Assembly: GCA_038087875.1 (NCBI GenBank)
Contig: CM075978.1
Location: 186,248,001 to 186,312,000 of the forward strand
Source: Malacoraja senta
Taxonomy: Eukaryota
Reading direction: 5' to 3'
Length of the DNA: 64,000 nucleotides
The position numbers and the translations under genes are program-made. This document shows, one piece after another, positions 51,275 through 62,897 of the stretch; within the stretch, counting starts at the first letter, position 1, and every line of letters starts with the position of its first letter. The notes under the pieces are model-generated. The model saw only the letters and a program-made list of their open reading frames with translations, was not told the origin of the DNA and searched no databases.

Positions 51275-52059
51275 AAAGTATAAAGTGTAAAGTATCCTTT
51301 ATTGTCATTCAAACTGTCTCCAGTTTGATCGAAATTGCATACCTTGCAGTCATAACAACAACAAAAAAATAACAGAACACACAATGAACACGGTAACATC
51401 CATCACAGTGAGTGTACCAGGTACCTCCTCACTGTGATGGAAGGTAAAAGTCTTTGTCTCTCCTTCCTTGTTCTCCCTCTGCGTTGAGGCGATGTTGGGC
51501 CCCCCGCCGGGTGATGGTAAGTTCCGCGGTCGAATCCGAGCTCCGCGAACGGGCCGGTTCAAACTCCGCGGCCCGGGGCAGACTAAGCTGCCACCTTCCA
51601 GTCCAGCGGACGAAGCTGTTGTTGCGGGAGTTCCGGAGAATCGGACACCAACCTGGGACCTGCGAGCTCCCGACGTTGTCGTCCACTGGGCCCACGGCCG
51701 AAGCCTCCGAGGCCCCGAAGTCGGGCCGTCGCCGCAGGGCCACCACAGCCCCGAAGTCGGCCAGCTTCGCGATGGTGAGTCCTGGCTCTGCCTCTGGAGA
51801 CTCGAGGTCGGTCCCAGTTGGAGGCCGCCAGCTCCGCGATTAGGCCTCAGCGCAGACGCAGACGGGGATACGACAGAGAAAAGGTCGCATCCCCCCCAAG
51901 GAAGAGCATAAAAACAAGTTTCTCCCACCCCCCACACATACACAACTAAAAATAAACTAAACATACATCTAACAAGACAAAAGAAAACAAAAAAAAAAGG
52001 AAAAAACAGAAGGACTGCAGGCGAGCCGCAGCTGCTTGGGCAGCGCCGCAACTTCCGGA
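51275..52059 (-). mobile_element. Non-autonomous retroelement with (TACTT)-like tail inserted in the Helitron 3' terminus
   Basis: Minus 5' CCGGAAGTTGCGGCGCTG; GC-rich body; tail AAAGTATAAAGTGTAAAGTA on plus; related to 30265-30835. Confidence 0.6.
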
Positions 52060-52074
52060 CTAGTATAACTGTAG

Positions 52075-52825
52075 TCTAGTATAACTATAAAACTCTGATC
52101 TTGTATGTGGATGTGCGTGTGTATATTTATTTGTTTGTGTGTTGTCACATCTTCTTGAAAAAACGACGCCCTAACGGTAAAACTTTTACACCCTGGAGTC
52201 CGAAATCGCCTTATCTGAAGAATTCATGAAATGTTCATAAATCCGATAAAACGTTGAAAATATACGAGATGGTCTCGATGATGACGTCAAAATCGGTCTG
52301 CTGCGTGCAGCCTGCTCTGTGTTCCGCGCGAGGCGTGCTCTATGTTCCAAGTGCTGCGAGCCCTCCCCGCTCCCCTCCTCCCCCCTCCTTCTCTCCCCAT
52401 CCTCCTCTCCCCCTCCTCCTCCTCCTCTCCCCCTCGTCCTCCTCCTCCTCTCCCCTCCTCCGCCTCTCCTGCCCCTCTCCCACTCCTCCTCTCCCCCCTT
52501 TCTCTGCCCCCCCTCTTCCCCCCCCATCTCTCTCCCTCCTCTCCACTCCCCTGGCCTCTCTTCTCCCCCCTCTCTTCTGCCCCCCCTCGCCCCTCATGCA
52601 TTATTTCTCAAGTCATTTCAGAATCTGCGTCTGCTGCCGCGAGCTCTGCCCGTCCCGCTCCCCTCCTCCTTTTCCCCCCTCCTCTCCCTATAAAAAGGTT
52701 AAAGGAAATGTGGCGAAACAGATGTTGAATGGTTTCAATAATATGAAAATAGAATAAACTAGACCAAATGAGACACCGCAGCCCCCCCCCACCCCCGCAC
52801 CGTGCGTTGTCCTATTTGGTCCAGT
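52075..52825 (+). mobile_element. Second Helitron-like element
   Basis: 5' TCTAGTATAACTATAAAACTCTGATCTTG resembles 49815 start; CT-rich interior; 3' ..TTTGGTC(C/T)AGT. Confidence 0.5.
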
Positions 52826-52894
52826 TTATTCTATTTTTATATTGTTGAAACCATTCAACATATGTTTAGCCACATTTCCTTTAACCTTTTTATA
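52689..52894. repeat. Inverted repeat, 81-bp arms, 44-bp spacer
   Basis: 52689-52769 vs 52814-52894, 5 mismatches by manual comparison. Confidence 0.92.
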
Positions 52895-53847
52895 AAATTT
52901 AAGTGTCCACCAGTGCTGTATTTCCTACTTTTATGATTACAGTTTTGACAAATGATCTAAGAATGGAAGGTGATTACAAAAATATGTTCCGATTTGTTCC
53001 TTTGGAATGAGGAGGGGAATGCAAACTAAGGTTTAAGTGATAGTTGACTCAAATTGGAATGTTTTTAAGTTGAATAAGTTTAAGCAGTGACGTGAGAGAA
53101 TGGTACTCCTGTACGGTGTAGTTGTTGCTTAAGGGGAGAGCACTTGAAGGTAAATTAGGATAAAGTGAGCAATATTACACCGTAGATTTTTATCTTGCCT
53201 TGGTACTGTATTCATCTCAGTTGAACAAATAATCGTAAAAGTCTATTGATTTCAAAGACTAATAAGAAATTTATTTTGCATAACTTCATGATTGATTTAC
53301 TAGCCTAGACGAATTAAAATAAAGGGTGCATATTTGAAAAAAATTGCACAATGGTCACTAGTTTCTGGCTTGTGATTATTGTACGGGTGATTATTCAGTG
53401 TAACTACTTCTTTCCTGAAGAAGCAAATTCTGTATGGTACTGTTGTCAACTAAAGAATCTGAAGTTAACCATTATTTTGGGTAAAATTGGCTTTCTCTGC
53501 AATGACTGGAATTTTAAAAATCCGTTTTATATCAAGGGTGAAGGATTCAAAGGAAACTGATTTTAAAATCTTCATCTTTTTATAATTTTATACACCTTGT
53601 TCTTTAATGACTTTTAAAAATAGATTCTACTCCCTTTATATTAGTCGGAAAATAAATGTCAATAGTGAAGAGAAGATTGTCATGGAAGCCTCTTGTTTCA
53701 ACCGCTAGAATTTGCAATGCCATATAAAGTCTTTAAATTTTGTTTTAATTTGTTCATACAATGTGAACGTCACTGTCAATGTCAGCATTCATTATTCATC
53801 CCTATTTGCCCTTGAACTTTAATTAGGCAAAGACCTCTAAATCTAAG

Positions 53848-54040
53848 GTTGACACAAAATGCTGGATTAACTCAGCGGATCAGGCAGCATCTCTGAAGAA
53901 AAGGAATAGGTGACGTTTTGCGTCGAGACCCTTCTCGTCACCTATTCCTTTTCTCCAGAGATGCTGCCTACCCCGCTGAGTTACTCCAGCATTTTGTCTA
54001 TCTTCAGTGTAAACCAGCAGCTGCAGTTCCTTCCTGCACA
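53848..54040. mobile_element. Inverted Penelope pLTR pair
   Basis: AAAATGCTGGA..GAAAAGGAATAGGTGACG / CGTCACCTATTCCTTTTC..CCAGCATTTT. Confidence 0.8.
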
Positions 54041-56725
54041 GAAGCTAAGGTCGGTCTCCTTGGATCAGGGTCTGCAGTTATGAGGACAGCACATTGGGTA
54101 GAGTTGGCCAATTTCCTTTTCTGAAGGACATAGGTGTACCAGATAGAATTTTTGCAACAATCTAGTTTTATTTTTCTTAATTACCCGTATCAAGATTTTT
54201 AAAAAAAATGTAAATCTGCCATTGTGGATTTGATCTCTTACCTCTAGCTGTTATTCTAGTAATTCAAACACAATGCTGCCATACCCATCTATTTACATTG
54301 TAAGTATGTCACCATGAAAAGGATTATTCCTTTCAGGTTTTCAGCATGCAGTGAATTTTTTTTTTTTTAAACTGCAGATACTGGAGATCTGAAATGAAAA
54401 CAGAAAATGATGGAAACATTCATCAGGTCAGGCAGTTCTGATGAGAGGTCCGACTTGAAACATTAACTCTCTTTCTCTTTCCACAGATTCTTCCTGATCT
54501 GCTGAGTGTTTCCAGTATTTTCTGTGGGGGGATGATTTGGGGCTTCCAGCATAAACCCGCTAAACCTTTGAAAGGCCCATTTATGAATTTAGGATAGAAT
54601 CGCACAAAGATTATATTGTCGAGGGAGGCTATTTCAGAGGTCATGGAGTTCATGTCGACTCTCGCAAAAGCAATTCAGCTAGTTCCGCAGCTTCCCTTAA
54701 CCCATCGCCCTGCAAACTATTTATTTTAATGTACTTATTCTGTTTTCTGTTGAATGCCACGTATGAATCACGCAGTACATCTCCTGACTGTGTCCAGATT
54801 TAAAACAACTTGCTACGTAGTTTTTCCTTTTTCTCACTTTTTTTGGTTGTTTTATTATTCACCTTCACACTAGACTTTTCTCCATTTTTCCATCAGATCC
54901 CTCATCAACCATCCCTGATCCAAAGGGAATGACCCCAGTTTCTTCAGTCATTCTGTGTAATTAAAGTTCTTTATCTCTGGAATCATTCAGGTAAATTCTC
55001 CCCTATCCCCTCAAGGCTTTCAAAGCTCTACTAAAGAATGATGCCCATAACTGGGCACACAGCTCCAGTTGTGGCTGAACTGGCATTTTGTAATGGTTCA
55101 TCAAGACAACCTAATGTTCATCAAGCCATCCTTGCTCTTGTATTTTATCCTCTCTTTATAAAGTAAAGTATCCAGTTTGCATTTTAAACTATTTTCTTTG
55201 TCCATCTCTGCCACTCATCAATTTGTGCACATTTGCCCTCGGATTTTTTTTCCCGGATCCAGTTTTAGAAGCATGTCTTCTGTTTGTATTCACATTTATT
55301 CTTCTTCTTACTGAAATCTAGAATTTAACTTTTTTTTCCATTAAACATCACCTGACACGTGTTCACCCATTTCATCAGCCTTTTTTTATTCTCTTAAAGT
55401 TTATTACTATTCTTTCACAGTTCACTGCATCAACATGTTTTGGTGCTGAAAGAAAAGTTGTTGTTTGGCTTGATATTTGTTTAATGGGATTTTATTATGA
55501 AATACATGGAAACATATACGAGTTGTGCATTACTTAGCAGTTCTTTGGCAGGAGTGGGAAGTGAACTGCGTAATGATGTTAGGCATCATTAGGCGGTTTA
55601 TAAATAAAGGAACTGGGTGCAGTGGTGGTTGTTGTATTGACAACAGAAGCATAATTCATCATCCAGAAAATAATTCTCCAGTTTGGCAAGATGAATCTAC
55701 ATTGTGAATGAATCTTTGGATTTGTCATGCTGGCATTGTAATATGGGATTGAACAGTAGGCTTCTGTGTATCTGTTCCTATCTCTGTTTCGCTTTTTTTT
55801 TAAAGCTAAAACCGTGCTTCTGTTTAATTGAATGTTCACAAAGATGTAATGGTACATGAAGGTAAATTGTTGACGGGTGACAAATAAAGCAAGAAACAGC
55901 GTGCATCTGCAGTAGTATCAGTGACTGCATGCAAGGTTATGTGATAATTAGAAAGAAGTGTTTTTTTGGTTTGAAAATGCAGCTAGACCGAGTTTCATTT
56001 CAGCATAAAATCGTACTAAATTGTAAGGATAACATGCACATGTTGCAGACTTTTAAAATATTCATGTAGAAAAATCCCATGTAAAGAAAAGAGAATACTA
56101 AGTTACATGAAATATTTAACTGACAACTTCCAGTAGGGATATCTGGATTATGATCTGAGGATTCATGTGCCACTTCAAATAATGTAAGCAGAATAGAAAT
56201 TAAACTTTGGACATTTTTCACAAATATTATTGTACATTTATAGATTCATTTTCTGGTGGATGCATGTATTAATAGACATTTTCAATGCTGTATTGATAGT
56301 AATCTGCTATTTCTAAAGATAGAGTAGTCTTTAGTTTGCCAAATTTATGACAATTTTTCTACATTAGTGTGATTTTTGCTATAAATCATGAACCTTTGTT
56401 TTAATTGCATTTATTTGTTGAACAAATGGCACTTTACATGCAAATCAAAATTTGCCAAACATCTTCATATTGGGTTTTCTTGAATTTAATTTTCCTTGGA
56501 ATGCACAGTATTTTTCACTGCCTTGGCTATTAGCATCTTATTCTTAATCTAGCTTCAGCTGGTTTTCATTTTCTCAGCTCAATGATTGCAGTTATGTTCA
56601 TGGGTCAGAAGATGAGGCAAGTTCCTCTGCAGGGACTTGAATAATAAATTAAGACTGGAACTCCTAAAAAAGACACAAAATGCTGCAGTAAGTCAGTGGA
56701 TCAAGCAGCATCTCTGGAGAACGTG

Positions 56726-57390
56726 CAGGGCTTGAAATGAATGGTTGCCCGGGTGCCAATGACCACCCAAAGTGCCGCCGGGCAACCTAAACGCTGAGTC
56801 ATTTTGCCCGGCTTGGCACTGCAGATACTGGTTTATACCGAAGATAGACACAAAAAATTGGAGTAACTCAGCGGGTCAGGCAGCATCTCTGGAGAAAAGG
56901 AACGTGACGTTTCGTGCTGGCGATGGCCGTATTGCAAAGATATTAGGTGCGTGGTGACGAAGGGTCGGAGCGAATGACGGGCCCCGCATAGCGGCAGCAG
57001 CGTCTGTGACAGCGGCTCCATCTCCTCCTCCTCCCGCACCCCGCCCGCCCTGATAGCGTCCGCTGCCGGCCGCTCTCTGCCAACGGCGCTTTCAAAACAA
57101 ACCATCTCGCACGCCGGGAGGGAGGGGGAGGCTTCCTTCCGCCGTCTGAAGCAGCTGCACCAAAGATCCTATAGCTATAGGATCCTTGAGCTGCACCACT
57201 CGGCCCCGCACCTTCCTGTTGGTTGGCGGAGATGGGGAAATGGTGGCGATGAGATCCCAACCGCCTCCCCCTTTGGCGGCGGCACTTGGCGGTGGACAGG
57301 GACGGCTAAGGCAGCGGGGCGATGTTGTCCGAGGAGCGCTGACCTTCCTTCCCCCCCACCTCCCCTCTATCTCTCTCTCTCCCTCTCCCT

Positions 57391-57422
<32 letters not shown>

Positions 57423-58760
57423 TGTACGCCCCCCTCCACCTTCCTCCCCTATCCTGAGACCTCTCCTCTCCATCCCGTACTGATTCCCATTCAAGATGAA
57501 TGGGGGGAACATTCTGAAGAAGGGTCTCGACCCGAAACGTTGTCTTTTTCCTTCGCTCCATAGATGCTGCCTCACCCGCTGAGTTTCTCCAGCATTTTTG
57601 TCCACCCCCATTCATCCTGTACTGATCCCCCCCCCATTCATCCTGTACTGATCCCTCCCATCCATCCCGTACTGATCCCGCCATTCAACAACACTGACAT
57701 CCCCCGTGCTCTCCCCTCACAATTTTACATACTCCAACCAACACATACTAATTACAGAATTCATTTTAACGGTAAATCAATGCTCTTAATATGGAGTATC
57801 AGTACTGTAGTTATTTAATGAGCAACATTCACAACTATACGTTGGATTTATCCAGGTTTTATTTATACAGTCGGTCATATACATCACAAATTTGGTCAGG
57901 AGATATGTCCTTTGAAATGTTAATGTTAATTCTGAAGTGGGAATGATAGAAACAGCGTTTATCAATAATTTATTTTAAATCTGATGCGTACAAACTGGGT
58001 ATCTTCATTGCTGTTCACAACACGTACATCTAATCTGAATGTCCGGTAATGTGGCGTTTTGACACCTTTAAACATATTACCAAAAGAACATTTGCTGCAG
58101 TGATGTCCTTTGGCCATCTCTTGTCAGTTAATGTAATGTTTAACTTGTCAGATGGGTATAGTCGGTTTTAACAGCTATTATCATAAAATACCTTTAGAAA
58201 TGTCCTTGCAACCTGTATATTTTGTTATGGATAAATGATGTGGGAAGCGAGAGTGTTTCTGTACCAATAGCAATAACGACCCATGCTATGGCCATGTCAT
58301 GGTAATTTTCGGTCCTTCACAGAAAACATACTTGCATCAATCTGTAGTGTGCATGCATATATGTTACCATGGTCCAGGATTTATTGACACAGGTTGATCA
58401 TACGCTGAATAAACCAACCACATTTTTGTTTGGAAGTGGAAAGAACTAATAGAAATTGCATTAATTGCAATGTGTAAAAAGAGTTGAGATACTGTATTAT
58501 AATTTTGCTGCATGTCATTGTGGTATATATCATGTCTTGATTGGTGAATATGTTGTGACTTTATTGGAAGCAGAAATAATATGTGAATGCTTCATTGAGC
58601 ATAATTCCAACTGGTCCGAGCACATTATCGCACGCGTCATGCAAACCATCTAAAATGACCACCTAAACTGCCATTTGGCAACCTAAAAAGCTGCCAAGGT
58701 TGCCCGGCTGGCAACAGGGAAAAAAGGAGAGGAAACAGGAGAGGAAACAGGAGAGCCCTG
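56726..58760. mobile_element. Non-autonomous hAT-like transposon, 2035 bp, 5-bp TSD
   Basis: Termini CAGGGCT / AGCCCTG; TSD ACGTG at 56721-56725 and 58761-58765; subterminal GGCAAC/GTTGCC repeats at both ends; removal restores pLTR CTGGAGAACGTGGATAGGTGA. Confidence 0.82.
57514..57541 (+). ncRNA. Minimal hammerhead ribozyme core
   Basis: CTGAAGAAGGGTCTCGACCCGAAACGTT. Confidence 0.65.
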
Positions 58761-59791
58761 ACGTGGATAGGTGATGTTTTGGATCGGTACCCTTCTTCTG
58801 ACTGATAGTGTGATGGGTGGGGAGAGAAAGCTGGAAGAGAGGAGTGACAGGACAAAGCCTCGCAAATAATAGTTTGATATAGGTGAGAAGGGGTTGATAG
58901 GCATGTGGTTGGACAAAGGCTACAGATGAAAAGATAGACGTGGGACTAAAAGATTGAAGTCTGGAATTGTGAAGCTAGAGGAAGGCATGTAGGTGGAAGG
59001 GGAAGGGAGAAAGGTGCGAGTCCAGATGTGGCTTAGGGAAAGTGGGGGGGGGGGGGGAGAAAGGGTGAGGAGGAAGAGGGGACAGCGGGTGAGGTTTATT
59101 CTAACCTAAAATTGCAGAATTCAATGTTTATAGCATTGGATTGTAAGTTACCCAAGCGGATTATGAGGTGCTGTTCCTGCAGCTTGCATGTGACCTAAGT
59201 ATGGGAATGGAAAGAGGAGTTAAAATGGTTCGCATTTGGGAGATACAGTAGGCCTTGGCGGATCGAGCGCAAGTGTGCGGTGAAACGGTCAACAAATCTA
59301 TGCTTGGTCTTGCTGATATACAGGAGGCCACAACGGGAACTCCAGATGCAGTAGAGGAGGTGCATGTGAACCTCTGTCTCACGTGGAAGGACTATTGTGA
59401 TCCTTGGATGGAGGTAAGGGAGGAAGTGTAGGGATAGGTGTTACATCTGCAATTTCAAGGGAAAGTATCTGGGGATGGGGTGGGTTTGATGGGAAAGGAT
59501 GAATGAACCAAGGTGTTGCAGAGGGAGCGATCTCTGCTGAAGGCGAAGAGGGGTGGAGATGGGAAGATGTGACCTGTGGTGATGGAAATGTTGCTGAATG
59601 GTGTGTTGAATCCAGACGCTGGTGGGGTGAAAGGTGAGACCAGGGGAACTCTATCCTTGTTCTGTCTGGGGGCAAGAATAGTGAGAGCATAACTATAGCA
59701 CACAGAGGAGACACCGGTGAGGAATCCATCTTTGACAGCAGGGGGAACCACAGTTACTCAAGAAAGAGGACCTCATCCGGGGAGCATCATG

Positions 59792-59826
<35 letters not shown>

Positions 59827-60127
59827 CATTCCTCTCCTGCACAACCTGAACCGCTTCCTCTTGCTTCACAATTCGCAACTCTTCAGTCTTTTTGTCTATC
59901 ACTTTCTGCCTTTTCATCTCTGGTCATTGTCCAACCATCTATCAAAACCCCCTTTCATCTGTATCCACTTGCCAGGCTTTGTTCTGCCGATCCTCTTCCA
60001 GCATTCTTCCCGCCCACAATCATTCCGAACAAAGTCATCCATCCATGTTCTCCAGTGATGCTGCCCGGTTACTCCAGCACTTTGTGTCCTTTTTTGTCAA
60101 CCAGCATCTGCAGTTCCTTGTTTCTAC
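58761..60127. mobile_element. Degenerate inverted Penelope-like element (continues from 56665-56725)
   Basis: Minus RQRFTCTSS, KDRVPLV..FSRDRSLCNTLVHS; poly-C junction 59793-59824; plus-strand pLTR to 60127. Confidence 0.75.
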
Positions 60128-60883
60128 AAGAGTGAAACTCAGTTCCGTTTCAGTCTTGAGGGAGAACTAGACTGGGGAAAAGGACAGAAATTGTTATGTT
60201 GGGAGTTGGCATAGACCCAGTGAACCAGATGGCCCCTTCTTGGTTGTTATAAGATGTAAGCTTAAGTTAAGATTGTTGTTGAGTCTTAGATGGCTCCTGC
60301 AGAGCAGCATGGTAGATATATGTTCACGATAAAGACTGTTTTGGTTCAAGGAGGAAGTTCAGCCCCACTTTTTTTAGGGAATTTGCAAAGAGCATTATCT
60401 GGTACATTTCCACATCATTCCATAAATTATTTTATTTAGTAATCGGAGAACAGGGAAAAGTGGTTCCAGGGGGAAATCTTTTTTCCTGGGAGTTGGTTGA
60501 TGTAACATTTATTGCTCAGCCTGGATGGTCCTCAGATAATATTGATAGGAGGCTCTCTTGAATCAACAACAGCAGTCCTATGGTGATGGCATTCAATCAG
60601 GATTGCATTGATGTTGACCCAGCACAAACATGAGTGTGGAACTCTTTGTACAAATTGTTCTGGTCATGACTTGGACATGAATTGGAGGTGAGAGTGACAT
60701 AATTTTGCTGCATGTCTGTGATTTTTACCAGTTAAATGCGGTTGAACTATTTCACTGCCTGTGGTGCGTGTCCTGCATTATGTGAAGGAAGGGTCTATAT
60801 TGAATCACGTGTTGCTGCATTCATCAAGTGGCTCACTTGTGCTGTTTTCTTGATTGTTGCAGCTGTACTCAACAAAGCAAATT

Positions 60884-60911
60884 CTGAAGAAGGGTCGCGA
60901 CCCGAAACGTC
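60884..60911 (+). ncRNA. Minimal hammerhead ribozyme core in pLTR fragment
   Basis: CTGAAGAAGGGTCGCGACCCGAAACGTC. Confidence 0.68.
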
Positions 60912-61226
60912 ACTCATTCCTTCTCTCCAGAGATACTGCCTGTCCCGCTGAGTTACTCCAGCATTTTGTGTCTAAATTCTTTTGGAACCTTGGTTGTAGA
61001 TGGTTAGTACATTTTGACTGATTCTTTAGGAGGCCAGGAAAATGTATTCTGACCTAATCTTTGATTTGACTTTTTGTAGACGGATGGTGTGTCTATTCCA
61101 GTGACTCCTACCCTGCCCGCCCTCCCATCAGCCCACCCGAACGATTTGAAATACAGATGGGAACTTAAGACCAATTGATATTTGACTCAAAAATCACTTT
61201 AGAAGCAACTGAATTGAACAGACCAG

Positions 61227-61913
61227 CAGGGACGGAAAACACGGGGGAGGGGGGGGGGGCAGAGGGGACATCCCCCCCTCCCATGTTTTGAGAGGTGGGG
61301 GACATCCCCCCCCCCCCCAGTTTTTGTCATCCGGATTTTAAAATCTCCGCTTTCCGCGAGACAGTGGGGGTGGGACTGCTGATCGAGGGCGCCGATTGGA
61401 CGAGAGAGACGTCGGTAAGCAGGCAATGGGGGCGGGACTGAGGATAGAGTGCGGTGATTGGAGGAGGAAGACGTGGCACAGACCTGCGCCTCATCCACAG
61501 CCAGGATCGATCCCTGCCGGGTCTCCGACGCTGTCCCGTCCCCACCCGAGTCCCCCCCCCCCCCATGGGTGGCCAGAGAGGTCGGGAGTCAGACGGGAGC
61601 GGTACCCCCAGGCCCACAGCCAGCGCAGAGAAGCAGCGCTAAACCCAGCTCAACTCTGCCTGTCCGGCCAGGTTAACGTGCCTGGGCTTGCGGGAAATAT
61701 GGCCAGCGCGGAGAAGCGCCGCTGGTATCCCGTCAGTCCAGTCAGGGCTTGTAGGTTAACCCGGCGAGACAGGCAGAGTTGAGCTGCATTTAGTGCTGGA
61801 TTGAGCCTCCGAAGCCTCGCGCATGTGTGTGTGAGTGTGCGCATGCACGCACGGCCGCCAAAAAATTGTGTCCCCCGGTCCCCTCCATATTTTGATACCG
61901 AGATCCGTGCCTG
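61227..61913. mobile_element. Non-autonomous hAT transposon, 687 bp, 8-bp TSD
   Basis: TIRs CAGGGACGGA / TCCGTGCCTG; TSD CAGACCAG at 61219-61226 and 61914-61921. Confidence 0.88.
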
Positions 61914-62767
61914 CAGACCAGTATCCCAATGAAGCATTGTTCAAGATCTGTGATTTAATTCTCTCACTCTGGATCTACAACCTGAAATGGATGTGTATCA
62001 GGGTTGGAGGACACAGGACAGAAAGAGTGACAAGTGTGGTGTAACTTAAAATTGGAGAATTCAATGTTTATATCCCTCTCTCTTTCCAGTGCTACCCCCC
62101 CTCCCCCACCCCAAAGCACACTGATTTCTCTCACTATCCCGCCCCACTTTTCCCTCCCTCTTCCATGTAATTTTCCTCCTATGTCTTTCCCTCTGGCTTT
62201 ACCTTTCACTCCTCATCACTCCTTACCTGACATCCTATTGTCTCCTTTTCATTTTGAGTCTTTGTCCATTCATCTGCAAATCAAACCTCCCTCATCAGTA
62301 TACATCACTTGCCAGACTTTACCCTGCTCCTATCTCTTTTTCCAGCTTTCTCCCCACATCTGTTCCTGACCAGAAACATCGCCTATCCAATCGCTCTACA
62401 GATGCTGCCTGTCCCGCTGAGTTACAACAGCACTTTGTGCTTTCCTCAAGATTTGAACATCTGTATTTCCTTGAGTTAATGTAGTTTTATTTAGCAATCT
62501 TATAATTGGTGGGGTTGGCAAGGACAGCAAAGACACAGGATCATAGATTTTAAACTATTGTGCACGTTTGAAAATAGTTTAAAGTTTATTGTCATGTGCA
62601 GATGTATGGTGAAGCGCAGGTACAATAAAAAATCTAGAATGTATTGGAAAAGCTATCAAGAATGTTGACTCGTCATATACACCAAATCTGATTTGGAATG
62701 ATGAAATTCCTGCTGCAGCTTTACAGGTACATTAAATACAACAACAATAAATATACAATAAATGTGT

Positions 62768-62897
62768 AAGAAGGAACTGCAGATGCTGGTTTAAACTGAA
62801 GATAGACAACATAAAAAGCTGGAATAACTCAGCGGGACACACAGCATCTCTGGAGAGATTGAATGGGTGACGTTTTGGGTCGAGACCCTTCTTCAGT
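62768..62897 (-). mobile_element. Penelope pLTR fragment within a Rex1 3' remnant (~62580-63200)
   Basis: AAGGAACTGCAGATGCTGG..GGGTCGAGACCCTTCTTCAG; flanked by repeated AATATACAATAAAT. Confidence 0.75.

Noticed and set aside
51350-52051. 233-aa ORF and overlapping ORFs
   Set aside because: GC-rich repeat interior open in several frames; no recognisable domain.
52186-52757. Pro/Gly-rich ORFs (also 37719-38183, 57092-57684)
   Set aside because: Produced by CT-rich low-complexity tracts.
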